A stretch of DNA of 64,000 nucleotides, from assembly GCA_965261735.1 (NCBI GenBank), contig OZ253470.1, positions 4,224,001 through 4,288,000 of the forward strand. Reading direction: 5' to 3'. The notes under the pieces were generated by a model. That model ran no database searches. It was not told the origin of the DNA and saw only the letters and a program-made list of their open reading frames with translations. Source of the DNA: Alphaproteobacteria bacterium. Lineage in GTDB: Bacteria; Pseudomonadota; Alphaproteobacteria; SHVV01. The translations under genes and the position numbers were made by a program. Of the stretch, positions 53,511 to 62,798 are shown in pieces (position 1 is the stretch's first letter; every line of letters starts with the position of its first letter).

Positions 53511-53890
53511 CCCTGTCCCTCTCATTTATTCCATCTATCGCAGAAACCTTGGAATTTTTCATCACCACCGGATACCCTTTCCGGCATGCATAAGATCATC
53601 GAAATCTTCGTGGGCCGCGCGGCACTCCACACAGAAATCCTTGCCCTGCGATAGCAGGTTGCCCCTTCCATTTATTCCATCGGACATCCGAAGCGATGGC
53701 CGGGACCTTTTCCGCTTCAGGACGGCTCCCTGCTGGCGGAGGGCAAGAAGTTCTGTGTGACGACCGACGAAGAGTTTGCGGAAGACGGTGGGGGGGGGTC
53801 GATGATCTTATGCATGTCGGAAAGGGTATCCGGTGGTGATGAAAAATCCCAAGGTTTCTGCCGCAGATGGAATAAATGGGAGGGACAGGG
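53511..53890. repeat. 380-bp element with 92-bp terminal inverted repeats (MITE-like or foldback)
   Basis: 53511-53602 vs the reverse complement of 53799-53890: 86/92 identical; further inverted matches inside the spacer. Confidence 0.88.
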
Positions 53891-54270
53891 CCGCAACACC
53901 AAGCTCCACGCTGTCTGCGATGCGAAAGGCAGGCCCCTCGTCCTGCTCCTGACACCAGGAAACGTCCATGATTGCAAGGTCGCCCAGCGCTATATCGAAG
54001 CCATGCCGCCCGCCGCCGAACTCGTCGCCGACAAGGGCTATGACAGCAAAGCCCTGCGCGACTGGCTGGCAGAACGCGGAACCACGGCCGTCATCCCACC
54101 GCGCAAGAACCGCTAAGGTCCAATACCATTATGACAAGACCGTCTACAGGCAGCGCAACATCATCGAGCGCATGTTTTGCCGCCTCAAGGACTGGCGCCG
54201 TATAGCCACCCGCTTCGACCGCAACATCAAAAACTTCATCGCCGCAATCGCCCTTGCCGCCGCCGTCGTC
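53889..54270 (+). mobile_element. IS5-family (IS427-like) transposase 3' fragment, frameshifted
   Basis: GRNTKLHAVCD, ADKGYDS, IPPRKNR, YRQRNIIERMFCRLKDWRRIATRFDR; extra T at ~54114. Confidence 0.85.
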
Positions 54271-54344
54271 AGAAGGACGCTGACCGCCCCAAGTCTTGAG
54301 ACGAACCGTGCGCAAAGGGCGGCGTGTGGCGCAAAGGAGGCATC

Positions 54345-54867
54345 ATGCTCCGCTCGGACGGCTATTCGCCGCTAGTCTATTGTTCTTCACTGGCTTGCGA
54401 CAATCTTCGTGGTTGCGTTGTTCCTTACCCACGATGGGGAGCGCGGTAGCTCGGCGTATGTCTTTCATGTGAGCGGCGGCGCCATCGTCGGCGCGCTTCT
54501 TCTGTGGCGCGTTTGGCATCGCGTCAGACGCGGCATGATCGATTTGCCGGATCAGGCTTTCCTGCTCAACACCGCCGCGCGAGGGGTGCAGTGGGGGTTT
54601 CTGGCGGCTATCGTTGTCGCAGTGATAACCGGGTACCTGTTGCCCTGGTCGCAGGGGATTCCCCTGGACGTATTTGGTGTGGCCATTCCCTCACCGATTG
54701 CGTCAAGCCGGGGATTCCACGAGCTCATGGAAGAGGTGCATGATGTCTCCGGGCATTTGTTCATACCTCTGCTTGCCCTGCACATTCTGGGAGCGGCCAA
54801 GCACGCGATCGTCGATAAGAGCGGCATAGCCCGTCGCATGTTCAAACCCACAAGCGGCGGTCGTTGA
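54345..54867 (+). pseudogene. Cytochrome b561-like (YceJ) protein with a 5' +1 frameshift
   Basis: SD GGAGG, MLRSDGYSPL then SIVLHWLA in another frame; heme-ligand His in LHW, FHVS, VHDVSGH, LHILGAAKH. Confidence 0.75.
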
Positions 54868-54954
54868 TCATCGATGCTGCCGACTCCGCATTTGGTAACG
54901 GACTGACCGGCTTCGGGGTCCGAGTCTACCTGGCAGCTCGCAGCGGCCAGTTCG

Positions 54955-55547
54955 TTAACATCCAGCACAACTCTCCGAGGCAGCGACGGTGTCCGTCACA
55001 GAGCCGGTCTTGAGGCCGGCGAGTGTGACAATTTCGCCGCCCCGGCACGGTCGACCACGACTCGCTCCAGCTGGCGCGCACGCAGAACCCTTGTGAGGTG
55101 AGTGGGGCCGCCTGTTTCGACCGCGCTTCGGTTTCATTGCGGGAGGGAGCTTCGCCCAGTCCAGTGGCTCACCAACCTCGGCCATGTCGAGATCGACGAT
55201 GTAGATGCTTCCGGCCTCACCGCATTCAGCCAGAGGCTGCACGACCTCGGAGCCCGCCCGCCTCGCCAAAAGCTCATCGCCTTGTGGAGAGAACGCGAAG
55301 GGGTGGGTTCTGCGCCCGTTCGCGTCGCAATGGAGCGTATAGAGAGCGAAGAAGCGGTTCTCCACCGCTCGCAGCCGAAGAACGGACGACCATTTGATAT
55401 CGGTCACATTGTCAAAGCTTGGGTTGACCCAAAGCTGTGCGCCGCACTTGGCAAGAAAGCACGGAAGCAACCCCAAATAGTGATCGTGGCAGATCGTTGC
55501 CCCGGCGCTCACGCCGGCCAGGTCAAAGGTGGGAAGCATGTCGAGCG
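54955..55547 (-). pseudogene. Carbon-nitrogen hydrolase (nitrilase-fold) fragment, cut by an IS1111 end
   Basis: GATICHD and LRAVEN motifs; 5' part replaced by the IS. Confidence 0.55.
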
Positions 55548-55945
55548 TGTGTGGACGCCCCCGTTGATGCAAGCAGTTTTTGGTCGGCTCGGTGCATGCG
55601 GTCAGGTGCTGTCGTGTGTCCGGCCTCTCTATGCGGCAGATGACACGCCGCGGGCCCGTATGGAGATACGCGGATTGGGTCCAAATCGGTTACGCGAGCT
55701 TGAAAGCTCTCCGTTCGGATGCTGGTTTTCCCAACCCGGTCTCGTTGACCTTTGCCCTTACCTGTCCTCCGTCCTGCCCACATCCCCGACGGCTTCCCGC
55801 ACTTCGCCGTTCTCTCAGGCGGTGGCGGGAGCCCGGTAGCTCTCCTTCTTCGTCAGTAGCACCCAGACGATGCGCGCCATCCTGTTGGCCAGCGCCACCG
55901 CGACGAGCATCCTCGGCTTGCGCGCCAGCATCCCGGCCAGCCAGG
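55548..55945 (-). mobile_element. IS110/IS1111-type 3' remnant (transposase C-terminus, non-coding region, right end)
   Basis: LVAVALANRMARIVWVLL; right end TTGCAT...GGGGGCGTCCAC-ACA resembles the element at 59136. Confidence 0.83.
55560..55814 (-). ncRNA. Putative bridge/seek RNA of the IS1111 remnant
   Basis: Same architecture as 59150-59387 (GAGC-TTTCAA-GCTC hairpin between guide slots; donor guide ACACACGA matches its own right end). Confidence 0.62.
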
Positions 55946-56374
55946 TGTTAACGGCGGAGGAATAATGCTCCACGCGAGGCGGCCGGGCGGTTTGGTCGCG
56001 GCGGCGCAAAATTGTGCCACTCATGGTCCCTTGTCGGTTGCGACGAGGGGCAGGAGATGTACGGCGTGGAGCTCTATGCGGCGGTTCGACTGGCGGTTGT
56101 CGACGAGGGTCTGAATCATCACGAGGCGGGCCGGCGGTTCGGCATTGACCGTCGCACGGTGAAGAAGATGCTGACCTACTCGGCGCCACCGGGCTACCGC
56201 CGGACGAAGCCGGTCCGGCGGCCCAAGCTGGACGGGTTCACCGGCATCGTCGACGCGATCCTGGAGGCGGACACGGATCCGGACGTGCCGCGCAAGCAGC
56301 GCCACACGGCGCACCGGATATTCGAGCGGCTACGGGACGAGCACGGGTTCACCGGCGGCTATACCATCGTGAAG
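55946..56374 (+). mobile_element. IS21-family left end with istA N-terminus, truncated by an IS5
   Basis: TGTTAACGGCGGAG end; MYGVELY...RFGIDRRTVKK...RKQRHTAHRIFERLRDEHGFTGGYTIVK. Confidence 0.87.
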
Positions 56375-57463
56375 GGCTTTGGTGCATGGACCTAAGGATT
56401 AGTATATCTGGCTCCGCTTCCGTCTTTGAGAGTTTGTCATGCCTTTCAAGTTCCACGCATCGCGTCGCCACCATATCCCCAGAGCCAAGTACCGGGTCAT
56501 GAACTGGCCGGATTATGACCGTGGTTTGGTTCGGCGCGGCGACATTCGTTTCTGGATTGATGAGAGCGCCCTGGAGCAATGGGACGCAGCCAAGCGGCGA
56601 ACTCCTGGTGGCCAGCGGCGGTTTTCAGAGTTGGCGATTTCCACGACACTGATGCTGGGGGTGGTCTTCAGATTGCCGCTGCGCCAGACGGAAGGCTTTG
56701 TGCGTTCCCTCGTGGACTTGATGGGGTGCGATTTGCAGGTAGCGGATCACACCACACTGTCGCGGCGGCGGCGAACGGTGGATGTCGTTGTGGAAACCAG
56801 CACGAACAAGCGGTCTACGGATATCGTGCTGGATTCCACGGGCCTGAAATTCTTTGGCGCTGGCGAGTGGGCTCGCGCCAAGCACGGTGAAACGCGGCGC
56901 TCGTGGCGCAAGCTGCATATCTCGGTTGACCCGGCCAGCAGCGAGATCCGGACGCATGAACTGACCGGTGACGACACGGCCGATGCGACGATGGCGGGAC
57001 CGCTGGTCGCCGGTTCCGGTGGGATGATCCGGCGCGTGTTTGCCGACGGCGCCTATGACGGGGAGCCCGTGACAAAAGCGATCCGAGAAGCTCGGCCACC
57101 GAATTCACCACCTGAAATCATCATCCCGCCACGCGCCACATCCATTCCTCCCCCGGACACGCCTCATGGCGGATCGGAACGGGAGCACCATGCGGCGGAG
57201 ATCGCGTCGAAGGGAAGGATGAACTGGCAGAAACGACAGGGCTACGGATTGAGAGCGCTTGGCGAAACAGCCATGGCTCGCGTCAAGAGGCTCAACGGCG
57301 GCAAGCTCAACGCTCGCACATTCCAATCCCAACAAACCGAAATCGCCATGCAGATCGACGCACTCAATCGCTCTATCCGTGCGGCGAAACCAAACACAAT
57401 CAGGATCCGCTAACCAACCGGGGAATGGGCGATCACACCATCGCAGCTCCATGCACCAAAGCC
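56375..57463 (+). mobile_element. IS5-family (IS903-like) element; transposase 56439-57413
   Basis: Perfect 16-bp IR GGCTTTGGTGCATGGA; NWPDYDRGLVRRG, DSTGLK, WRKLH, DGAYD; no TSD. Confidence 0.93.
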
Positions 57464-57508
57464 GATTGGCGCGTCTTTACAACTCGTATGGACCAAGACT
57501 GACCGGCT

Positions 57509-58708
57509 TCACTCCTTGCGCGGCAGAAACAACATCGGCACGAAATAGGCGGTAAACAGCGTGAAGGCGACAAACCAACTGCCGGCGGTTGCCCAGAGCA
57601 GACTTAGAGCGGGCACGACCTCGAAGGCTGCGCGTGTGCAGACCGCCAGCGTAGCGAAACCGTATATCGCGACAACCCATGGTCCAGCGTGGAGGTCGCG
57701 CCCGGTATGGCCGAGAACCGCGCGGGTCATGACGGCCAGGGTCATCGTCCCGATCGCGCCGAGTGTAAGTACATGCAGCGCCAACGGCTCCATCACCCAG
57801 TCTACGAGCATCGAGGCCCCGAGAAGGCCGAGGCCCAATGCAAGCCAGAAGTAGCCGGCATGCAACACAGTCACAAGCGGCTCGGCTGCCGTCCTCCAGC
57901 CCCGCCATCGTGCCAGCCGGACGAGGTTCAATGCCCCTGCTAACGTTAGGAGAATGCCGGAAAGCGGGATAGGCGCCGATCCCACCCAGGCCGCGAGCGC
58001 AACCGCTGTCACGGCGAGCGTCGTTTGGTCGAACCGGCCCATCGGCGCTGTGATATTCGGGCCCGCTCGCCGCTCGAACCAGTTGTGCGTGAAGCTCGGA
58101 ACGATGCGCCCGCCGATCAACGTTATTAACAGCGACATGACGGCGATGGAGAGCCGAACACCCGCCTCTCCCACATGAGCCACGCCCGCCGCGGAGAGAT
58201 GGAACAGCACGTTGGCGGTCAACATCAGTATAAGCCCGGCGAGGACCGGCAGATTGCGCCAGTTGCGGCCCGCAACGATCGCGTTACCGACAAGAACCGA
58301 GAGAACTCCCAGATAGGCAAGATCGGCGACCGCCGTTGGCATTGGTCCGACTGCGCCTCCCCACCAGACGGCACCCCGGCCGCAAAGCCAGATCAAGGCG
58401 AGTGCGCCGAGCGGCCAGCCCCTTACTGGAGGGCGCCCGGTCCAGTTCGGCACCGCGGTCAACACGAAGCCACCGAGCGCCGCCCCGACATACCCGAACA
58501 TCATCTCATGGACGTGCCACATCGTCGCATCGCCCAGCCCGGGATATGAGATCGCCCCCGACCAGATCCCGATCCATAGGGGCACAGACAGCGCAGCCCA
58601 CAGCCCGGCCAGGAAGAAAAGCGGGCGAAAACCCTCTCGAAGAAACTCCGGCCCGGAATAGTGGCGTTGCGGTTCTAGCCGTGTCTGGTTCGTTATTTCT
58701 GCCCCCAT
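57509..58708 (-). CDS. nnrS: NnrS-family membrane protein
   Basis: GFRPLFF, WHVHEMMFGY, GFVLTAVPNWTG, GGRIVPSFT, MTRAVLGHTGR. Confidence 0.93.
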   Translation of the reverse strand: MGAEITNQTRLEPQRHYSGPEFLREGFRPLFFLAGLWAALSVPLWIGIWSGAISYPGLGDATMWHVHEMMFGYVGAALGGFVLTAVPNWTGRPPVRGWPLGALALIWLCGRGAVWWGGAVGPMPTAVADLAYLGVLSVLVGNAIVAGRNWRNLPVLAGLILMLTANVLFHLSAAGVAHVGEAGVRLSIAVMSLLITLIGGRIVPSFTHNWFERRAGPNITAPMGRFDQTTLAVTAVALAAWVGSAPIPLSGILLTLAGALNLVRLARWRGWRTAAEPLVTVLHAGYFWLALGLGLLGASMLVDWVMEPLALHVLTLGAIGTMTLAVMTRAVLGHTGRDLHAGPWVVAIYGFATLAVCTRAAFEVVPALSLLWATAGSWFVAFTLFTAYFVPMLFLPRKE

Positions 58709-58961
58709 GAGGGTGTGGGTCTGGTATGGAAAATCTAAGTCATTGATTTAGTGCGTTTTTGTGTCGAGACGAACGGCCGAAAACGGCTATTCGTGACAAT
58801 GGGCCGCTCCAAGGCAGGATTTTGTCACGACGGCAGGGTGGAGCAGGGGAGGTGGGAACGCTCCGCACCGCCAGAGGCGGTACGATGCCGTGTCTCGAAA
58901 CCCAACATCGGGAGCATTGCCATGGCAGTATCCCCGCCTCCGGCGCCTTCGTCCATCGATC

Positions 58962-59026
58962 CTTGCCTATCCGGTTTACACCCACACCCACTAGGGCTAG
59001 AATGGGCGCAAACCGGATATAGGGGA
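58962..59026 (+). mobile_element. IS1595-A left-end remnant (~65 bp)
   Basis: CTTGCCTATCCGGTTTACACCC...GGATATAGGGGA (1 SNP). Confidence 0.9.
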
Positions 59027-59120
59027 TGAAATAGGTCTGCCCAAAGCTGGACGAGAACATCATCAGCATCCCGAAGCTCAGAAAGCCGCGGTTGCGTAGA
59101 ATGAAATGGAAATAGGTCAC
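59025..59120 (-). pseudogene. MFS transporter N-terminal remnant
   Basis: FILRNRGFLSFGMLMMFSSSFGQTYFI, cut by the IS1595-A remnant. Confidence 0.65.
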
Positions 59121-59149
59121 AGGAAGGCGTTGTCATGTATGGACGCCCC

Positions 59150-59387
59150 CGGTGTTGCAAGGGGAAAACTGATTTGAATCGGCGGTAGAGCTTGCAGTCA
59201 TGTATCCGGCCTTTTCGCTGCGGTACGCTGACCGCTGGCCCTGATGGAATCCGAAAGATCGACGCCCAGTCAGACTAACGAGCTTGATGCTCGGACAATG
59301 CCTCGGGTTTGGCCGATCTCGGGTGGAACCCTGTTTCGCCATCAAATCGTCGTCACCCTCGCAATTTGATCCCGGTTTGCCAGCTGG
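59150..59387 (-). ncRNA. Putative bridge/seek RNA downstream of the IS1111 transposase
   Basis: Guides GGCATTGTC and GTTAGTCTGAC match both sides of the target; CCATCA and ATACATGA match the circle junction; RNA boundaries approximate. Confidence 0.75.
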
Positions 59388-60425
59388 CTATGCCGGCGTC
59401 GGTCGGTAGATACGCTCGTACCTGAGCAGTGCCCAGGCGACACGGGCTGCCTTATTGGCCATGGCGACCAGCACCACGTTTGTCGGCCGCCGCGCCAGGA
59501 GCCGGTCGGTCCAGCCAGGCCCCGTGCCCGGCTTGGCGCGGCGCCAGCGCAGCACGCTTCGCGCACCATGCACGAGCAAGCGCCTGATATAGCCATCCCC
59601 GCGCTTCGAGATCCGCCCCAGCCTGTCCTTGCCGCCACTCGAGTGTTGTCGGGGCACGAGACCGAGCCAGGCCGAGAGCTGCCGGCCCGAGCGAAACTGC
59701 GCGCCATCTCCGATCGTCGCGACCAGCGCCGTCGCGGTGATGACACCGACGCCGGGGATCGTCGCAAGCCGGCGGCTCGCCTCGTTGGAGCGGTGCCATG
59801 CCATAAGTGTCGCCTCCAGCTGCTTGATCCGGGCCTGAGCAGAGCGGAGCTGCTCAACCAGAGAGCCAAGCGCCTCGCGTGCCAGAGGCGGCAGTCGCAC
59901 ATCGCCGGGATCTTCGATAATGGCAACCAGTTCCTCCACCTTCGACGCCCCCTGAGCGACGATCAGTCCGAACTCCGCACAGTGGCCGCGCAGCGCATTG
60001 ATCACCATCGTGCGTTGACGGACCAACAGCTCTCGGGCCCGGTGCAGCATCAGAACCGACTGCTGCTCGGCGCTTTTCGCCGGTGCAAAGCGCATCGTCG
60101 GACGCGTCACTGCCTCACAGATCGCTTCCGCATCCGCTGCGTCGTTCTTATTCGTTTTGACGAAGGGACGAACGTATTGAGGCGGAATCAGCTGAACTTT
60201 GTGCCCGTGTGCTTGCAGTTCCCGAGCCCAATAGTGCGCAGAGGCACAGGCTTCCATACCGACAAGACAGGATGGCAATCCGGCGAAGAACGCCAGCACC
60301 TTCTGTTGGTAGCGACCGTAAATTTCCCATTTGTAACGACCCAAAATTTCTCACTTTGGGCTTGTCGCTGAAGGCGTCCCGGGCCGCTCTGTTGGCTTTG
60401 CCAACAGAGCGGGATCGGTGCGCGG

Positions 60426-61448
60426 ATGTACAAATGGGAGACCAGGATGTTGTTGAAGCACTATCTGGACCGGGGTGTCTCGAAGGCGGAGCTGTCGAGG
60501 CGGTTCGGGGTGAACCGTCGGACGATCCACAATTGGGTCGATACCGGCCAACTGGACCGGGATCTGGCGGCCGGTGCGCGAGGGTATTCGCCCCGTCCGC
60601 CGGTGGCCCACAAGCTGGACCCCTACAAGGCGATCATCGACGCCCGTCTTGAGGCGTTCCCGAAGCTGTCGGCGAAGCGGCTTTTCGATGAGGTCCGCGC
60701 TGCGGACTACCCGGGCTGCTACTCTCGCGTGAACGACTACGTGCGGGCGACGCGACCGCGCGAACCGGTTGAATCGCTGGTCCGGTTCGAGACGCCGGCG
60801 GGGCGTCAGGGCCAGGTGGACTTCGGTACGTTCACGCTGCCCTGGGGCCGGCGCCATGCCCTGGTGATCGTCCTCGGCTTCACCCGGCTGCTGTGGCTGC
60901 ACTTCTATACTCGGCAGACCATGCCGGTCCTGATGGAAGGTCTGGAGAGCGCCTTCGACCGGTTCGGCGGGGTTCCGGAGGAGCTGCTGTTCGACCAGAT
61001 GCGCGCCGTGGTGCTGTCCGACGACCGCGGGGCCGGCGGCGGCCTGGTGCTGAACGAGGAGTTTCTGCGGTTCGCCGCGCACTGGGGGTTCATGCCGCGC
61101 TCGTGCCGACCCTATCGGGCCCAGACCAAGGGCAAAGTGGAGCGCCCGATCCGCTACATCCGCGAGAGCTTCTTCTACGGCCGCTCGTTTGCGAATGACA
61201 ACGATCTCAACGAGCAGGCCGTGCGCTGGCTGGAGGGCACAGCCAACGTCCGCCGGCATGCCACGACCGGGGAGCGTCCTGTCGACCGCTTCGAGCGCGA
61301 CGAGCGAGCGGTGCTTCTCCCCTTGGCGAACCATCCCTATCGACGTCTCGGCGTCCGGCATGCTCCGGAGCCCGCGCCGCGGCGACTGCCGGCAACCGTG
61401 AAGGTCGAGCAGCGACCGCTTAGTGTCTATGCGGAGGCGCTGCAATGA
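60426..61448 (+). CDS. istA: IS21 transposase
   Basis: RFETPAGRQGQVDF, LFDQM, TKGKVERPIRY. Confidence 0.95.
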   Translation: MYKWETRMLLKHYLDRGVSKAELSRRFGVNRRTIHNWVDTGQLDRDLAAGARGYSPRPPVAHKLDPYKAIIDARLEAFPKLSAKRLFDEVRAADYPGCYSRVNDYVRATRPREPVESLVRFETPAGRQGQVDFGTFTLPWGRRHALVIVLGFTRLLWLHFYTRQTMPVLMEGLESAFDRFGGVPEELLFDQMRAVVLSDDRGAGGGLVLNEEFLRFAAHWGFMPRSCRPYRAQTKGKVERPIRYIRESFFYGRSFANDNDLNEQAVRWLEGTANVRRHATTGERPVDRFERDERAVLLPLANHPYRRLGVRHAPEPAPRRLPATVKVEQRPLSVYAEALQ

Positions 61449-62242
61449 ACGCTCCGGCGCCGGCCCGGCGCGACCGGCTGCGGGCAATGCTGGCGGACCT
61501 CAAGATGCCGGGCGCGCTGGAGGCCGTCGACGGCATCCTCTCGGACGCCGACGGCGGCACGATCTCGGCGGCCGAGGCCATCGAGCAGTTGCTGAACGCC
61601 CAGATCGTGCTGCGCAACAACCGCCGTCTCCAGACCGCCATGCGCTCTTCGCGGCTGCCGGCTGTGAAGACGCTCGATCAGTTCGACTTCGCCTTCCAGC
61701 CCAGCATCAAGCGCGAGCAGATCGAGAGCTTGCACGAGCTCGGCTTCCTGGACCGCGGCGAGAACGTGATCCTGCTCGGCCCACCAGGCGTCGGGAAAAC
61801 GCACTTGGCGATCAGCCTCGCGATCGCGGCGGCCGAGGCCGGCCGGCGCGTCTACTACGGCACGCTCGCGGCGCTGATCGAGTCCCTCACCGAGGCCAAG
61901 GCCGCCGGCAATCTGACCCGGCGGCTGCGCGTGCTCACCCATCCGGCCCTGCTGGTGGTCGACGAGATCGGCTACCTGCCGGTCAACCAGGACGGCGCCG
62001 TGCTCTTCTTCCAGCTCATCAACGCCCGGCACGAGAGGGCGTCGACTGTGCTGACGTCGAACAAGGGTTTCGAGGACTGGGGTGGCGTGCTCGGCGACGA
62101 GGTCATGGCGGCGGCTCTCATCGACCGCCTTGTGCACCACTGCCACATCGTCAACATCCGGGGCAACAGCTACCGGATGAAGGAGCATCAGAACCTGCTG
62201 CAGTCCGGCTCGGATCGACGCAGGAAAAGAGCCGCCGCGTGA
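61445..62242 (+). CDS. istB: IS21 helper ATPase
   Basis: GPPGVGKTHLA, VDEIGYLP, DRLVHH, GNSYR. Confidence 0.95.
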   Translation: MNAPAPARRDRLRAMLADLKMPGALEAVDGILSDADGGTISAAEAIEQLLNAQIVLRNNRRLQTAMRSSRLPAVKTLDQFDFAFQPSIKREQIESLHELGFLDRGENVILLGPPGVGKTHLAISLAIAAAEAGRRVYYGTLAALIESLTEAKAAGNLTRRLRVLTHPALLVVDEIGYLPVNQDGAVLFFQLINARHERASTVLTSNKGFEDWGGVLGDEVMAAALIDRLVHHCHIVNIRGNSYRMKEHQNLLQSGSDRRRKRAAA

Positions 62243-62798
62243 TCGCCGGCTCAAACGGAGACAGGAGCGGTGACACCCGCCCGCTGTGGATAACCGGGTT
62301 GTCGCCGCCAGACTCTTGGCGGTCGCTGCGCCAACCCGGTTACCTACAGCTCGACCAAGTCCGACACCCCAAACACCGCGTCTGGGGGTACGACCGAACG
62401 CTCAAAGTGAGAAATATTTCGATCGACAAAAGTGGGAAATTTTCAGTCGCAATTGACACCTTCCCGCGGCGCAGCTTCCGCCGTAGTACCGGTCGTCCCT
62501 CACCATCAGCACCGTGAACCTGGAACACCGTCTTTGCCAGATCAAACCCAATTGTCGTAATATCCATCGTGGACGCTCCCTCTGTCTGGGTTGTTCAACA
62601 CACTCCAGTATGGCTCATCGTGAAGCCGTAGGGGGCTTCCATACCATCAGACGAACTGGATAGGATCTGAAGAACCTGCAAACCAGGCCTCTCAGGCTGC
62701 AAGTTGACGCCACTCGGCCAAGGCGGCGGCTCGGGTTTGTTTGAAAATATCGCGGCGGTTGAGATGGCGTTCGTGGCTGAAGTGGTTATGGATTGAGG

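Larger units (their letters stand above)
60304..62458 (+). mobile_element. IS21-family element, intact
   Basis: TG...CA ends, repeated AAATTTC(C/T)CA subterminal motifs, 5-bp TSD CCTTC; removing it restores the IS110 frame RRGKVLA. Confidence 0.95.
59136..62649 (-). mobile_element. IS110-family (IS1111 subgroup) element; transposase 62567 to 59388 interrupted by an IS21
   Basis: GFDLAKTVFQVHG, GMEAC, KNDAADAEAI, SSGGK; sub-terminal IRs TATGGAAGCCCCC/GGGGGCGTCCATA, with the ATGG core 7 nt from the left end and 3 nt from the right end; no TSD. Confidence 0.9.
59126..62798 (-). mobile_element. IS6-family 3' remnant; its right IR is split by the IS1111
   Basis: Transposase C-terminus NHFSHERHLNRRDIFKQTRAAALAEWRQLAA (62692-62798); rejoined end reads AGTTCGTC|TGACAACGCC. 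Confidence 0.78.
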
